A stretch of DNA of 64,000 nucleotides, taken from Acidimicrobiia bacterium. GTDB taxonomy: Bacteria; Actinomycetota; Acidimicrobiia; Spongiisociales; ZC4RG35. A model generated the notes under the pieces. That model did no database searches, had not been told where the DNA came from, and saw only the letters and a program-made list of their open reading frames with translations. Positions 9,301-19,396 of this stretch are shown here, piece by piece (within the stretch, counting starts at the first letter, position 1; each line of letters starts with the position of its first letter). The stretch covers positions 2,208,001-2,272,000 of the forward strand of contig CBDBCY010000004.1 of the NCBI GenBank assembly GCA_965203555.1, read 5' to 3'. A program made the translations under genes and the position numbers.

Positions 9301-10311
9301 ATGTTGAATGGCGACGCCCAGGCTTTGGTGAAGCTGGAAGATGTGGTCATGCACTATGCGGTCAGGATGGAGGGGATGGTTGGTGGTCGCCGCCAATTGA
9401 GAGCGGTGGACGGGGTTAGCTTTTCCATCTCCGAGGGCGAGGCCCTGGGACTGGTGGGGGAGTCCGGATGCGGCAAGACCACGGTGGCAAAGCTGATGAT
9501 GCGCCTACTCACGCCCACCAGCGGCCGGGTGGTGTTCATGGGACGGGATATCACCGACTTGGGAAGACGGGAGATGCGACCGCTGCGTCGCCACATGCAG
9601 ATCGTTTTCCAGGATCCCTTTGCTTCTCTCAATCCGGGCATGAAAGCCGGAGAGATCGTGGCCGAGCCCCTGGTGGTTCACGAAGGTCGACGTCCCGTGG
9701 CCGGAAGAGTCACAGAGCTGTTGGAATTGGTGGGATTGCACCCCGGGGACGCCAACAAGTATCCCCACGAGTTCTCCGGAGGGCAACGCCAGCGGATCAG
9801 TATTGCCCGTGCCCTGGCGCTTCGGCCGAAACTCTTGGTGTTGGACGAGCCCGTGTCGGCTTTGGATGTCTCCATCCAGGCCCAGATCATCAACCTCTTG
9901 ATCGAATTGAAACAGAACCTGGGTCTGGCTTATCTCTTCATCGCTCACGATCTGTCCGTGGTGCGTCATGTGTGCGAGCGGGTGGCCGTCATGTACCTGG
10001 GAAGGATCGTGGAGTGGGGTGATCGCGAGGAGGTCTTCAATCGGCCCTGTCATCCGTACACGCAGGCCCTGGTTTCGGCGGTACCGGTTCCCGAGCCGGC
10101 CTCCCGAGCGGAACGTAGCCGCATCCTTCTTACGGGAGATGTGCCAAGCCCTCTCCATCCTCCCTCCGCTTGTAGATTCCGGACCCGGTGCTGGAAAGCG
10201 CAGGAACTCTGTTCTGAAGAAACGCCCTCGCTGGAACATCGCATAAATGGAAGCGGGAAAGCGGCCTGTCACTTTCCCGAGCAGTTGGAAACAGCCGCCA
10301 CGCACCCATGA
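9301..10311 (+). CDS. Oligopeptide/dipeptide-family ABC ATP-binding subunit (DppF/OppF-like)
   Basis: GESGCGKTT, FSGGQRQRI, LDEPVSALD, C-terminal HPYT...CRFRTRC...ACH domain. Confidence 0.95.
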   Translation: MLNGDAQALVKLEDVVMHYAVRMEGMVGGRRQLRAVDGVSFSISEGEALGLVGESGCGKTTVAKLMMRLLTPTSGRVVFMGRDITDLGRREMRPLRRHMQIVFQDPFASLNPGMKAGEIVAEPLVVHEGRRPVAGRVTELLELVGLHPGDANKYPHEFSGGQRQRISIARALALRPKLLVLDEPVSALDVSIQAQIINLLIELKQNLGLAYLFIAHDLSVVRHVCERVAVMYLGRIVEWGDREEVFNRPCHPYTQALVSAVPVPEPASRAERSRILLTGDVPSPLHPPSACRFRTRCWKAQELCSEETPSLEHRINGSGKAACHFPEQLETAATHP

Positions 10312-11237
10312 TCCGACTGATCACCGCCCATCTGGAGGTAAGGGTGGACGAAAGCAGGGGCGCCGAGATCGTCTGGCTGGGGCGACCAGGGGGTCGCAAT
10401 CGCTTGGCGTGGATCGACTCTGATTGGCCTTTACGCGCCTCGGCCGGGGCGTCCTATTACTCCTCCGACCTGGATTGGCTGTCGGAACACCGGGGTGGGT
10501 GGCAGGAGATGTTTCCCAATGCCGGCGCAGGTTGCACAGTGGATGGCATTACCCATCCTGTTCACGGCGAGGCATCCCTGGCGCCCTGGGAAGTTGTGGA
10601 CTCTTCGGGTGAAGGTCAGGTCACCCTTCGATGCCATACTCACACTCCGCTGGTTCTTGTCCGGAAAATGAGGCTTGATCCCCAATGCCCCCGGCTCGAC
10701 TTGGAGGAGGAGATTCACAACCCGTCAGGTATGGACTTTTCCTACCTGTGGGGTCACCATCCGGCATTCGAAGCGCCGCCGGGTACCCGGCTGTCGATGC
10801 AGGGACCCCGCTTGGAAGTTCCAGGGTTGGGCGTGCCCGAGGACGACCTGTCCCCGGGAGGCCCGTTTTCGTGGCCTTGGGCGCAGGGTAGAGAGGGTGA
10901 GCCGATCGATTTGAGCGAGATGCCACCCCAGGCTGTTGAGCGTTTGGCCTATCTCACCCATGTTCCCGAGGCGGCATGCCACATCCTGCGACCTGATACG
11001 GCAGATCGGTTGACCTTCGAATGGTCGGCGGACGCCTTCCCGTATGCCTGGTTGTGGATAAACCGGCATGCTTCGCGTTTTCCCTGGTTCGGCCGACTCA
11101 GTTCGATGGCGGTGGAGCCGGTGAACGCCTGGCCGGCCAATGGGCTGGCTGCCGCCATGGAACGGGGACAGGCGCCGGTGCTGCGGAGAGGGGAGACGCG
11201 CCAAGGCTGGTTGAAGGTGTCGATCAGCGATCTTTAG
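10308..11237 (+). CDS. Galactose mutarotase/aldose 1-epimerase-like (DUF4432-like) protein
   Basis: GGWQEMFPN, HGEA, WGHHPAF, AVEP motifs; ATGA overlap with the ATPase gene. Confidence 0.75.
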   Translation: MIRLITAHLEVRVDESRGAEIVWLGRPGGRNRLAWIDSDWPLRASAGASYYSSDLDWLSEHRGGWQEMFPNAGAGCTVDGITHPVHGEASLAPWEVVDSSGEGQVTLRCHTHTPLVLVRKMRLDPQCPRLDLEEEIHNPSGMDFSYLWGHHPAFEAPPGTRLSMQGPRLEVPGLGVPEDDLSPGGPFSWPWAQGREGEPIDLSEMPPQAVERLAYLTHVPEAACHILRPDTADRLTFEWSADAFPYAWLWINRHASRFPWFGRLSSMAVEPVNAWPANGLAAAMERGQAPVLRRGETRQGWLKVSISDL

Positions 11238-11254
11238 AGCAAGGAGGACATGAT

Positions 11255-12079
11255 ATGGCAAGTCAGGTGGACGTGTACAGCGCAGGACTCGACCATCCCG
11301 AGTGCGTGGCTATCGATCCGGACGGCCGGGTCTGGGCGGGCGGAGAAGCGGGCCAGGTGTATGTGATCGATCCCGAGTCGCGCCAACCAGAAGTGATCTG
11401 CCAGTTGAAGGCTATGGCTGCCGGCCTGGCGTTCGACCGCCATGGCTATTGCTACGTCTGCAGCCAGGACAACACCATCGTCAGGGTTTCCGCCTCCGGA
11501 GAGTGGGAGGTGTTCTGTGACTCGGTGGAGGGTCGTCCCCTGAGAGGACCCAATTTCCCGGCGTTCGGCCCCGACGGGAGCCTCTACGTATCGGGCTCCG
11601 GGGACTACCCGGGACCCACCGGCGAGATCTACCGCATCGATCCCACGGGGGACGCTCGTGTATTCCACTCCGGTCCCTTCTACTACGCCAACGGTTTGGC
11701 CATCGATCAGGACGCCAAGTACCTGTACGTGGCCCAGACCGCCACCGACGATGTGGTGCGGATTCCGCTCGACGGTTCGGGAGCCCCGCCGCAGCAGGTG
11801 TGTCTCCCCGGAGCGCTGCTGCCAATGCCGGACGGACTGGCCTTCGACGCCGATCAGAATCTGTACGTGACCTCCTTCGGCGCCAGTGCTCTAGAGCGCA
11901 TACGTCCCGACGGGGCAGTCGAGCTGGTCGCCCAGGACGAGCGGGGCCTGACCATGAACCGGGTGACCAATTGCGCCTTCGGAGGCCCGGACCTCGGGCT
12001 ATTGTTCCTGGCCAATCTGGGAGGATGGCACATTTCTGTGATGACCCCGGACACCCCCGGCCAACCCCTGTTCAAATAA
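11255..12079 (+). CDS. SMP-30/gluconolactonase family beta-propeller
   Basis: DHPEC, GPNFPAF, ANGLA, PDGLAFD, TNCAFGG; AGGAGG RBS at 11242-11247 supports ATG 11255 rather than 11021. Confidence 0.9.
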   Translation: MASQVDVYSAGLDHPECVAIDPDGRVWAGGEAGQVYVIDPESRQPEVICQLKAMAAGLAFDRHGYCYVCSQDNTIVRVSASGEWEVFCDSVEGRPLRGPNFPAFGPDGSLYVSGSGDYPGPTGEIYRIDPTGDARVFHSGPFYYANGLAIDQDAKYLYVAQTATDDVVRIPLDGSGAPPQQVCLPGALLPMPDGLAFDADQNLYVTSFGASALERIRPDGAVELVAQDERGLTMNRVTNCAFGGPDLGLLFLANLGGWHISVMTPDTPGQPLFK

Positions 12080-12104
12080 CCGGCACTTTCCTCCACCAAG
12101 GGGC

Positions 12105-12587
12105 TTGTGTTTGCGCAACATGCGAAACTGGCGGGCGTCCCTGATCGAAGAAGGCAATCGCGGTGTCCTCATTCACCCCCTCGGAACGATGGTGGCTATA
12201 GCGGGGACCACCTTCTTGCGGGATCCCCGCTTCCGTCACGGCTCTCCTGTGACGTTTGTCAATCACTTGGCGTTGAGGGAGTGGGCGCTGGAGTTTGCTC
12301 TATTCTCCGATCGCGTCCTGGTACCTCAAGGGCAGGGAGTGTCTTGGACCTTCCGGTCGCGGGGCCGGTCTCTTAGGGAAGGACAACCACCATTGCAAGT
12401 CTGGCCTTCCAAAAGACAAGGGGTGGTGGACAACCCTCCCCATCGCGGGATCCTTCTTACGGGTGATCCAGAGGTCGATGCTTTTTATTTGATTTCCTCT
12501 TTCTATGAATGGTTCGGGATCCCGGCGGCTGACCTTTCCGAAGCTAAAGAAGGCCGTGTCTCGGCAGAGGAAATCCTAAGGGTATAG
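12105..12587 (+). other. Possible hypothetical ORF or gene remnant
   Basis: 160-aa ORF filling the gap before vapB; C-terminal half looks protein-like, no recognisable motif, weak start. Confidence 0.3.
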
Positions 12588-12595
12588 CGAGGAAA

Positions 12596-12614
12596 GTCTC
12601 ACGCGTGATACACT
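12596..12614 (+). promoter_or_regulatory. Putative operator palindrome and -10 box of first vapBC
   Basis: Perfect palindrome TCACGCGTGA (12599-12608) next to TACACT (12609-12614), 7 nt before the ATG. Confidence 0.5.
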
Positions 12615-12621
12615 GTGGGGA

Positions 12622-12858
12622 ATGGCGGAGGTGACAACTCGCGATCTGCGAAACAGTGGAGGCGTGGTGCTCGACCGTGTCCTCGCTGGCGAGCGTCTTA
12701 CTGTAACCCGGTCCGGACGTCCCGTTGCCGAACTTCGACCTCTGCCCCGTAGAGGACCTGACCCAGCGACTTTGCTCGGTCGGTGGCGCCATTTGCCCCA
12801 TCTTGATCCGGTAGCCCTGAGAGAGCACTTAGACGAAGCAATCGATCCATCCCTGTGA
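12622..12858 (+). CDS. vapB: Phd/YefM-family antitoxin
   Basis: VTTRDLRN...VLDRVLAGERLTVTRSGRPVAELRP signature; GTGA overlap with PIN gene. Confidence 0.9.
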   Translation: MAEVTTRDLRNSGGVVLDRVLAGERLTVTRSGRPVAELRPLPRRGPDPATLLGRWRHLPHLDPVALREHLDEAIDPSL

Positions 12859-13280
12859 CCTCTTCCAGCCGGGGCGTGGGCATCCTCGACACAAATACGG
12901 TCATCTTGCTCCCTCGCCTCTCGAACCCGGATCTGCTTCCCAAAAGACCCACGATTACTGCCATCACGCTCGCGGAACTCTCTGTCGGGCCTCTCGTTGC
13001 CGCCACTCTCACCGAACAAGCCGATCGTCAAGCCCACCTCCAACAGGCGGAGTCCGACTTTGACGCTCTACCTTTCGACCAAGCATCGGCCAGGGCTTTC
13101 GGTCGCGTGGCGGCGGACCTCCGCGCGGCCGGTCGAAAGACCTCCGCCCGAGCCTATGATGCTTTGATTGCAGCCGTAGCCGTCGCCAACGGCCTTCCTC
13201 TGTTCACGACCAACCCCGATGACTACCGCGGGATAAGTGAACTTACCGTGGTTGCTGTGCCCCATCCCGATCAACGGTAA
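12855..13280 (+). CDS. vapC: PIN-domain toxin
   Basis: ILDTNTV, TLAEL, YDALIAAVA, TTNPDDY acidic residues. Confidence 0.92.
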   Translation: MTSSSRGVGILDTNTVILLPRLSNPDLLPKRPTITAITLAELSVGPLVAATLTEQADRQAHLQQAESDFDALPFDQASARAFGRVAADLRAAGRKTSARAYDALIAAVAVANGLPLFTTNPDDYRGISELTVVAVPHPDQR

Positions 13281-13320
13281 GTAGAGCTGTTTACTTGAAA
13301 GACCTGGAGTCACCAATCGT

Positions 13321-15747
13321 CTAACCGCGCACTCGATGTCCGCCCGGATCGAACAGGGGAGTGGGCTGAACGATAGCGCTCCTCAGATCTCCGATGATCT
13401 CGATCTCAAGCGGCGTCGAAGGACGAGACAGGTCAGCCGGTACGTAACCCAAAGCCACTGAGCGGTTGACAGTGTGGGCATAACCGCCCGAGGTCACCCA
13501 GCCGACCACTTTCCCTTGGCGCCAGATCGGCTCGTCGCCCACCACGTCGGCGTCGTCGGCATCGACCACCATGGTCACAAGTCTTCGACTCGGACTCTTG
13601 TCCCATTCCAGTTGAGCGGCCTCGCGACCTATGAAATCACCTTTGTCGAGGGCCACGAAGCGGGACAGGCCGGCTTCGGCAGGACCGTAGATGGGCCGAT
13701 ACTCCCTGGCCCAGGAGCCATATCCCTTCTCCAGGCGCAAAGAATCGAGTGCCCGCAGCCCGAAGTCGCGGATGCCGTGGGACTCACCGGCTTCCTTCAG
13801 GAGTCCGTAGAGCCCGCGAAGGTTCTCGGGGCCGACCCAAATCTCGTATCCCAGGTCCCCGGTGTAGGTGAGCCGCCCGATCAGGGCGGGAATCATCCCG
13901 ACATCCATGGCCTTGATGTCCATGAAACGGAAGGCGTCTGGTCCTACGTCGTGCTCTGTCACGGACGCCAGCACGTCCCGGGATGCCGGGCCGGCTATTG
14001 ACAAACCGACCATGGTCTGCCCCAGGGGAGTCACCCTGACCGCCCCGTTTGAGGGAAGGTTCGAGAGGAACCAACGCATGTGGTAGTCCTCGGCCGGGCC
14101 CGAGCCGAAAATCAGAAAGTGGTCCCCCAGATTGGCGAGAGTGAAGTCACCTATCAGTTTTCCCTGATGGTTCAACATGGGACTGAGAGTGATCCGGCCC
14201 GGTGGCGGGACTCGGTTGGTCAGCATCCGGTCGAGCCACGACGGGGCTTCTTCTCCTTCCACCCGGTACTTGGCGAACCCCGAGGTCTCCGTTATGCCCA
14301 CCCCGTTACGGACCGCCGCGCACTCGGCCGCCACCACCTCGAAGGCGTTGGAACGGCGGAAGGTGATCTCCTCCGTCGGCTCCTTTTCCGGGTCTTGGAA
14401 CCAGAGTGCGACTTCCAAGCCGAAGGAGGCCCCCCACACCGCATTGGATTGCGTATAAAGATCGTATAGGGGACTGGTGTGAAGCGGGCGGGCGGCGGGG
14501 AGTTCCTCGTTGGGAAAGGTGATCTTGAAACGACGGGAATAGTTCTCCCTCACCTTGGCGTTGGTGTATTCCATGGTGGCCCAGTCTCCGAACCGGGAGA
14601 CGTCCATCGCCCAGATGTCGAAGCCGGGGTCTCCTTCGGTTATCCAGTTGGCCAGCGCCAAACCAACCCCGCCCCCCTGGCAGAAACCGGCCATAACCCC
14701 AACGGCCAGCCAGAAGTTTCGAAGACCTTTCACCAGACCGATGCAGGGGTTGCCATCGGGGGAGAACACGAATGGACCGTGTACCGCGGTCCTGATGCCG
14801 GCTTCGGACAGGGCGGGGTAACGGGCCAGTCCGACTTCCAGTTCAGGGGCTATCCGATCCAACTGTGGCGGCAATAACTGCCTCCCGAATGACCAGGGCG
14901 TCTTCCGGGGCGACCACGGCCTGTGGTCCTGTTCATAGGTGCCCATCAGAATGCCGCCGGATTCCTCTCGCATATAGATCTCGCCGCCGAAGTCGACCAC
15001 GATCGGAAGTTCTGTGGCCGCGGACCTCCGGTATTCGGTCACGGCCGGGACCGGTTCGGTGACGATGTACTGATGAGCCATGGCAAGGAGGGGAAGTTCC
15101 AGCCCGACCATCCGTCCCACCTCCCGGCCCCACAGACCCCCGGCGTTCACCACGTGCTCGGTGTGGATGCTTCCCCGACTGGTACGGACGTCCCATGTGC
15201 CGTCCGGACGCTGCGAAAGGGCCTCGACCATCGTGTGACGCATCACGTTGGCCCCTCTGATCTGGGCTGCCTTGGCGTAGGCCGACGTAACCCCCGTGGG
15301 ATCGACATGACCCTCGTGCTTCCCCCACATGGCCCCCAGAAAGTGAGAAGGGTCCATGAGCGGGAATATCTCGGCCGCTTCCCGCGCCGAGATGAGTTCG
15401 GTCTCCATCCCCACGTACCTCCCCCGGGCATGCGCCATCTTCAGCCAGTCCATCCACTCCGGGGAATCAGCCAGTTGTAAACCTCCGGTCATGTGGATAC
15501 CGCAGTCCTGTCCGGACTCCCTCTCCAGTTCGGGGTACAGTTCCACGGTATATCGCTGCAGATCGGCCAGGTAGACGTTCCCGTTGATGGTGTGGATCTC
15601 TCCGGCGGCGTGCCAGGAAGATCCCGCCGCCAACTCAAGACGCTCTACCAGTGTCACATCGGTCCAGCCGGCCCTGGCCAGGTGATAGAGGACCGAGCAG
15701 CCGACCACGCCCCCGCCTATCACTACCACCCGGGCCTCAGATTTCAA
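13321..15747 (-). CDS. FAD-dependent GcvT-family oxidoreductase (dimethylglycine/sarcosine dehydrogenase-like)
   Basis: VIGGGVVG FAD motif, SSWHAAG, central FAO_M-like region, C-terminal aminomethyltransferase domain (SLRLEKGY, VTSGGY); 808 aa. Confidence 0.9.
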   Translation of the reverse strand: MKSEARVVVIGGGVVGCSVLYHLARAGWTDVTLVERLELAAGSSWHAAGEIHTINGNVYLADLQRYTVELYPELERESGQDCGIHMTGGLQLADSPEWMDWLKMAHARGRYVGMETELISAREAAEIFPLMDPSHFLGAMWGKHEGHVDPTGVTSAYAKAAQIRGANVMRHTMVEALSQRPDGTWDVRTSRGSIHTEHVVNAGGLWGREVGRMVGLELPLLAMAHQYIVTEPVPAVTEYRRSAATELPIVVDFGGEIYMREESGGILMGTYEQDHRPWSPRKTPWSFGRQLLPPQLDRIAPELEVGLARYPALSEAGIRTAVHGPFVFSPDGNPCIGLVKGLRNFWLAVGVMAGFCQGGGVGLALANWITEGDPGFDIWAMDVSRFGDWATMEYTNAKVRENYSRRFKITFPNEELPAARPLHTSPLYDLYTQSNAVWGASFGLEVALWFQDPEKEPTEEITFRRSNAFEVVAAECAAVRNGVGITETSGFAKYRVEGEEAPSWLDRMLTNRVPPPGRITLSPMLNHQGKLIGDFTLANLGDHFLIFGSGPAEDYHMRWFLSNLPSNGAVRVTPLGQTMVGLSIAGPASRDVLASVTEHDVGPDAFRFMDIKAMDVGMIPALIGRLTYTGDLGYEIWVGPENLRGLYGLLKEAGESHGIRDFGLRALDSLRLEKGYGSWAREYRPIYGPAEAGLSRFVALDKGDFIGREAAQLEWDKSPSRRLVTMVVDADDADVVGDEPIWRQGKVVGWVTSGGYAHTVNRSVALGYVPADLSRPSTPLEIEIIGDLRSAIVQPTPLFDPGGHRVRG

Positions 15748-15771
15748 GTGGAAACCTCTTGCAGAAACCGG

Positions 15772-16521
15772 TTACCCTCCAAGCGGGCTACCCGGCAGAA
15801 AGTCCTTGGAGAGTTCGGGCATGCCTTTGATGAGGCCTACCCCCAGCATTATGAACCAGACGTTTCCCAGCACTATGGCCACGGCGAAAATCCAAAAGAA
15901 GATGTCAACCAGGCCTGCAAACGGACTGATGACAGTTACGAACACCAGTGATACAAAACAACACAGGACCATCAGCAGCGACACGACTATGTAGTAGTTG
16001 GACCGGATTCTGAACAAAAGGCCCACGCCAATCCCCATCAGCCCCAGCAGTACGGCATAGAAACCCATGAGGCTGATCCCGTTCTCCGTGGCCAGCACTG
16101 TTATGGCTACCAGGTTCAGGAGTTGGGATTGATCGGGACCGGCGCCGGCGCCCAGGCCATTTTCCAAAGTGTGGACAGCCGCATAGACCATTCCCCTCTC
16201 GATAACGACGATGACGGTCCCTACCGCCAGGGACATCACACCGAATCTGGTGATGGTGTCGCCGGCGCCTTCACCCTGCGCTGCTCGTCGAAGAACGAAT
16301 ATCCCATATAACTGCATTATGGACCCGAGAGCACTCAGGGTCATCGTGAAGAAACTGAGCGAGGCCCCTTCGTGCAGGACCCGGCTCCACTCGATGTAAT
16401 CAGTTGTGTCCACCCGGTCGACCAGGGCGGCACCGGGGGTCAACGCATAGGTGCCGAGGATCAGAACGGCGCTGATGATCAGAAAGAAGCCTCCGATCCT
16501 GTTCTGGGGGGTCGTTACCAC
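15772..16521 (-). CDS. Hypothetical multi-pass membrane protein
   Basis: 249 aa with about 6 hydrophobic helices; co-oriented just upstream of the GcvT-family gene. Confidence 0.7.
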   Translation of the reverse strand: MVTTPQNRIGGFFLIISAVLILGTYALTPGAALVDRVDTTDYIEWSRVLHEGASLSFFTMTLSALGSIMQLYGIFVLRRAAQGEGAGDTITRFGVMSLAVGTVIVVIERGMVYAAVHTLENGLGAGAGPDQSQLLNLVAITVLATENGISLMGFYAVLLGLMGIGVGLLFRIRSNYYIVVSLLMVLCCFVSLVFVTVISPFAGLVDIFFWIFAVAIVLGNVWFIMLGVGLIKGMPELSKDFLPGSPLGG

Positions 16522-16702
16522 GTTGGTTCCTCCTGGAAGACAGGGTGTGCTGCCATATGAAAGAGAAAAGCTACCACATCGGCCTACCCTGATATATTCC
16601 GGTCAAGGCATCTTGTTCGCCATTGCCGGAGAGATAGGACGGGGAAACTCTCTGCCATTGACAGGTAGGAGTGCTCTACGCCTCGTCTTTCATCCCGCGG
16701 GA

Positions 16703-17470
16703 TTAGGGAGTACGTATTTGGACGGTTACGCCGCCGTCCACCACCAGGGTGTGGCCGGTGATGAAACCGGCGTCATCTCCGGCCAGGAATGCCACCGCCC
16801 CCGCGATGTCGGCGGGTTTTCCTCGTCGGCCCAGCGCATGAAGGGCGGAAACCGAGGCGGCGAATTCTTCCGGATTGTCCACGCGGGCCAGCACTCTCTC
16901 CCAGGCGGCGGTGTCGATGAACCCCGGAGCGACGGCGTTCACCCGGATTCCCTTCGGTCCCAGTTCCAAGGCCAAGGTTCTGGTGAGACCGATTACTCCG
17001 GACTTGGAAGCCGTGTAGGCGCCGTAATCGGGGAAGGTGTACCAGGCCATGACCGAGGCTATGTTGACGATGCTGCCTCCTCCGGAGCGCTCCATGAGGT
17101 CGGCGGCTGCCTGGGCTGAAAAAGCGACACTACGAAGATCGACTGCCAGGCACCTGTCCCATGCGGCGACGGTCATCTCCCAAAGGGGCTCGTTGTAGTC
17201 CAGTCCGGCGTTGTTGACCAGCACATGCAGAGCATCCCACCGGTCGGCGACTGCCGCCACTATCTGCGGGAAGGCGTCGGGTTCGCCGATGTCCGATTCG
17301 AGGAAGAATGCTTCCCCACCGACATCATTTATGTGGTTGACCACCTCTTCGCCCCCCTCAACGTTGATGTCGACCACCGCCACTCGGTAACCATCCGCCG
17401 CCAACCGGAAGGCGCATTCTCTCCCTATACCGGCGGCGCCGCCGGTGACGACCGCCACTGCATGTTTCAT
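16703..17470 (-). CDS. Short-chain dehydrogenase/reductase
   Basis: TGGAAGIG, VNNAG, YTASK, VNAVAPG; start MKHAVAVV overlaps the permease stop (TAATG). Confidence 0.93.
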   Translation of the reverse strand: MKHAVAVVTGGAAGIGRECAFRLAADGYRVAVVDINVEGGEEVVNHINDVGGEAFFLESDIGEPDAFPQIVAAVADRWDALHVLVNNAGLDYNEPLWEMTVAAWDRCLAVDLRSVAFSAQAAADLMERSGGGSIVNIASVMAWYTFPDYGAYTASKSGVIGLTRTLALELGPKGIRVNAVAPGFIDTAAWERVLARVDNPEEFAASVSALHALGRRGKPADIAGAVAFLAGDDAGFITGHTLVVDGGVTVQIRTP

Positions 17471-18354
17471 TATCTGATCGGTTCTCCTTTCGATCTCGGA
17501 TCGATCACGTCTCTTAGCCCGTCGCCCAGGAGGTTGGTAGCGAACACTGTTATGGCCAGCGCCACGCCGGGGAAAAACGCCGTCCACCACGAAAGGGCAA
17601 GGAATTGGCGTCCGTCCTGGATCATTGTTCCCCACTCCGCGGTGGGTGGTGGAATACCCAGTCCCAGAAAGCTCAGCGCCGCTCCGGCCAGGATGGCCCC
17701 GGCCACGTGAATGGTCATCATCACCAGGATGGGCGGGAACACCCGGTAGATGATATGGCGGAACATCACCCGTCGGTCGCTGGCGCCGATCGCCACGGCG
17801 GTCTGCACGAAAGGGGCCTCCTTGGCCTGGATTACCTGGCCGCGGGCCATGCGGATATAGAACGGGATCCCCGACAGCCCCAGGGCCAGGGAGACGCTCC
17901 ATAACCCCGGTCCCAACACTGCCACCACCGTCAGCGCCAAGAGGATGGGAGGAAACGCCAGGGCGAGATCCACGAAGCGAGTCATCAGCAAGTCGGCCCA
18001 CCTCCCGTAGTAACCGAGGACCATTCCCGCCGTGGTTCCGATGAGTGAGGAGATCAACATGGGCACCACCCCCATGATCAGCGAGGGTCGGGCTCCGTGG
18101 ATCACCCGGCTGAACACGTCCCGCCCCAGTTGGTCGGTGCCCATCCAATGTTCGCCGCTGGGGGGTTGCAGAGCGTTGACCGGGTCGGTGTCGACCGGAT
18201 CGAAGGGCGCCAGCCAGTCTGCGAAAACGGCTGCGATCAACACCAATGCGAAGAGCGTTCCACCCACTACCACCGAACGATGGGATATGAGTCTCCTCCA
18301 TACCCCGACAGTGGTCTCGGTCAGGGGAGCGGGCGTGGGAGCGGCGTCAAGCAT
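17470..18354 (-). CDS. ABC transporter permease (DppC-like)
   Basis: HWMGTDQLGRDVFSR, EAA-like loop, LSFLGLG...EWG. Confidence 0.95.
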   Translation of the reverse strand: MLDAAPTPAPLTETTVGVWRRLISHRSVVVGGTLFALVLIAAVFADWLAPFDPVDTDPVNALQPPSGEHWMGTDQLGRDVFSRVIHGARPSLIMGVVPMLISSLIGTTAGMVLGYYGRWADLLMTRFVDLALAFPPILLALTVVAVLGPGLWSVSLALGLSGIPFYIRMARGQVIQAKEAPFVQTAVAIGASDRRVMFRHIIYRVFPPILVMMTIHVAGAILAGAALSFLGLGIPPPTAEWGTMIQDGRQFLALSWWTAFFPGVALAITVFATNLLGDGLRDVIDPRSKGEPIR

Positions 18355-18357
18355 CTG

Positions 18358-19287
18358 TCAGGTCGTTCCCAGTTTGACTCGCGGATCCAGGACCCGGTAG
18401 AAGATATCCACGATCACGTTGATCAAAACGAAAATGGAGGCCAGGATGAGAATGGATCCTTGCAGAACTGCCAGTTCCCGTTGCAGGATGCTGTCCACCA
18501 CCAGTTTCCCGACACCTTGGCGTCCGAACAGTGTCTCTATCACCACCGAAGCACCCAGCAGGTTCCCTATCTGCAGCCCGATCATCGTCACAACCGGCAC
18601 CAGGGCATTGCGCAAGCCGTGTCTCCAGGTCACCCGTGAGTCCGAGGCGCCCTTGGCGCGGGCGGTGGTGATGTAATCCTGTTCCAGGGACTCGATCAGG
18701 CTGCTTCTCACCAGGCGGGCAAGAATGGCTGCTTCGGCCAGGCCCAGAGTGAGTGCAGGTAGCACCAACCCGTCGAACCCTCCGGAACTGAGGACCGGAA
18801 ACCATCCCAGGTTGACCGCGAACAGGATTATCAACATCAGCCCCAGCCAGAACTGGGGGATGGACAGTCCCAGCACCGCGGTCCCCATGGCCGCCGTGTC
18901 AACCAGGGTGTTGCGGCGCCGGGCGGCAAGCACCCCCAAGGGGACTCCGATTACCAGCGCGACAATCATGGCCGCCCCCACCAGGATGAGGGTGGAGGGG
19001 ATCTGGGCGCCGATCAGTCCGATCACCGAACGGCCGGATATCGAGCGGCCCAGGTCGCCCTGCACCAGTCCCGCCAGATAGTCACCCAATTGAACGATGA
19101 CGGGCCGGTTGAGTCCCAGGGCCTCCCGCATCATCTCCTGCTGCTCGGGGGAGAATTTTGCTCCGGCCGACATCTGGGCGGAGACGGCGTCCCCCGGTAT
19201 GAACTGCATGAGCAGGAAGATCAGGGTGGCGACGCCGACCAGCACGGGGATGGTCAGAGCCAGCCGACCGACTATGTATCTCAGCAC
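18358..19287 (-). CDS. ABC transporter permease (DppB-like)
   Basis: PGDAV, GDLGRS, DYITTARAKG, HGLRNAL, LDPRVK. Confidence 0.95.
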   Translation of the reverse strand: MLRYIVGRLALTIPVLVGVATLIFLLMQFIPGDAVSAQMSAGAKFSPEQQEMMREALGLNRPVIVQLGDYLAGLVQGDLGRSISGRSVIGLIGAQIPSTLILVGAAMIVALVIGVPLGVLAARRRNTLVDTAAMGTAVLGLSIPQFWLGLMLIILFAVNLGWFPVLSSGGFDGLVLPALTLGLAEAAILARLVRSSLIESLEQDYITTARAKGASDSRVTWRHGLRNALVPVVTMIGLQIGNLLGASVVIETLFGRQGVGKLVVDSILQRELAVLQGSILILASIFVLINVIVDIFYRVLDPRVKLGTT

Positions 19288-19311
19288 TTTTTTCTAATCA
19301 GTCCCATCCCG

Positions 19312-19381
19312 GACAGGCCCCGGGCGGCAAAGGTTGGCGCCTCTGCCGCCCTGGTGTCTTCTGTGCGACACCAAGCCTGTC
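19312..19381 (-). promoter_or_regulatory. Branched intergenic RNA structure between binding-protein and permease genes
   Basis: Outer pair GACAGGC/GCCTGTC encloses stems GGGCGGCA/TGCCGCCC and TGGTGTC/GACACCA. Confidence 0.6.
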
Positions 19382-19396
19382 GGATTTCGATCATTG

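Noticed and set aside
12446-12468. Short match to 10121-10140 (atccttcttacggg)
   Set aside because: About 14 nt of identity encoding ILLTG in both places, with no flanking similarity; treated as chance.
16703-18301. 532-aa ORF suggesting an SDR with a long N-terminal fusion
   Set aside because: The extension overlaps the permease in another frame and is low-complexity; the real start is 17470, coupled to the permease stop.
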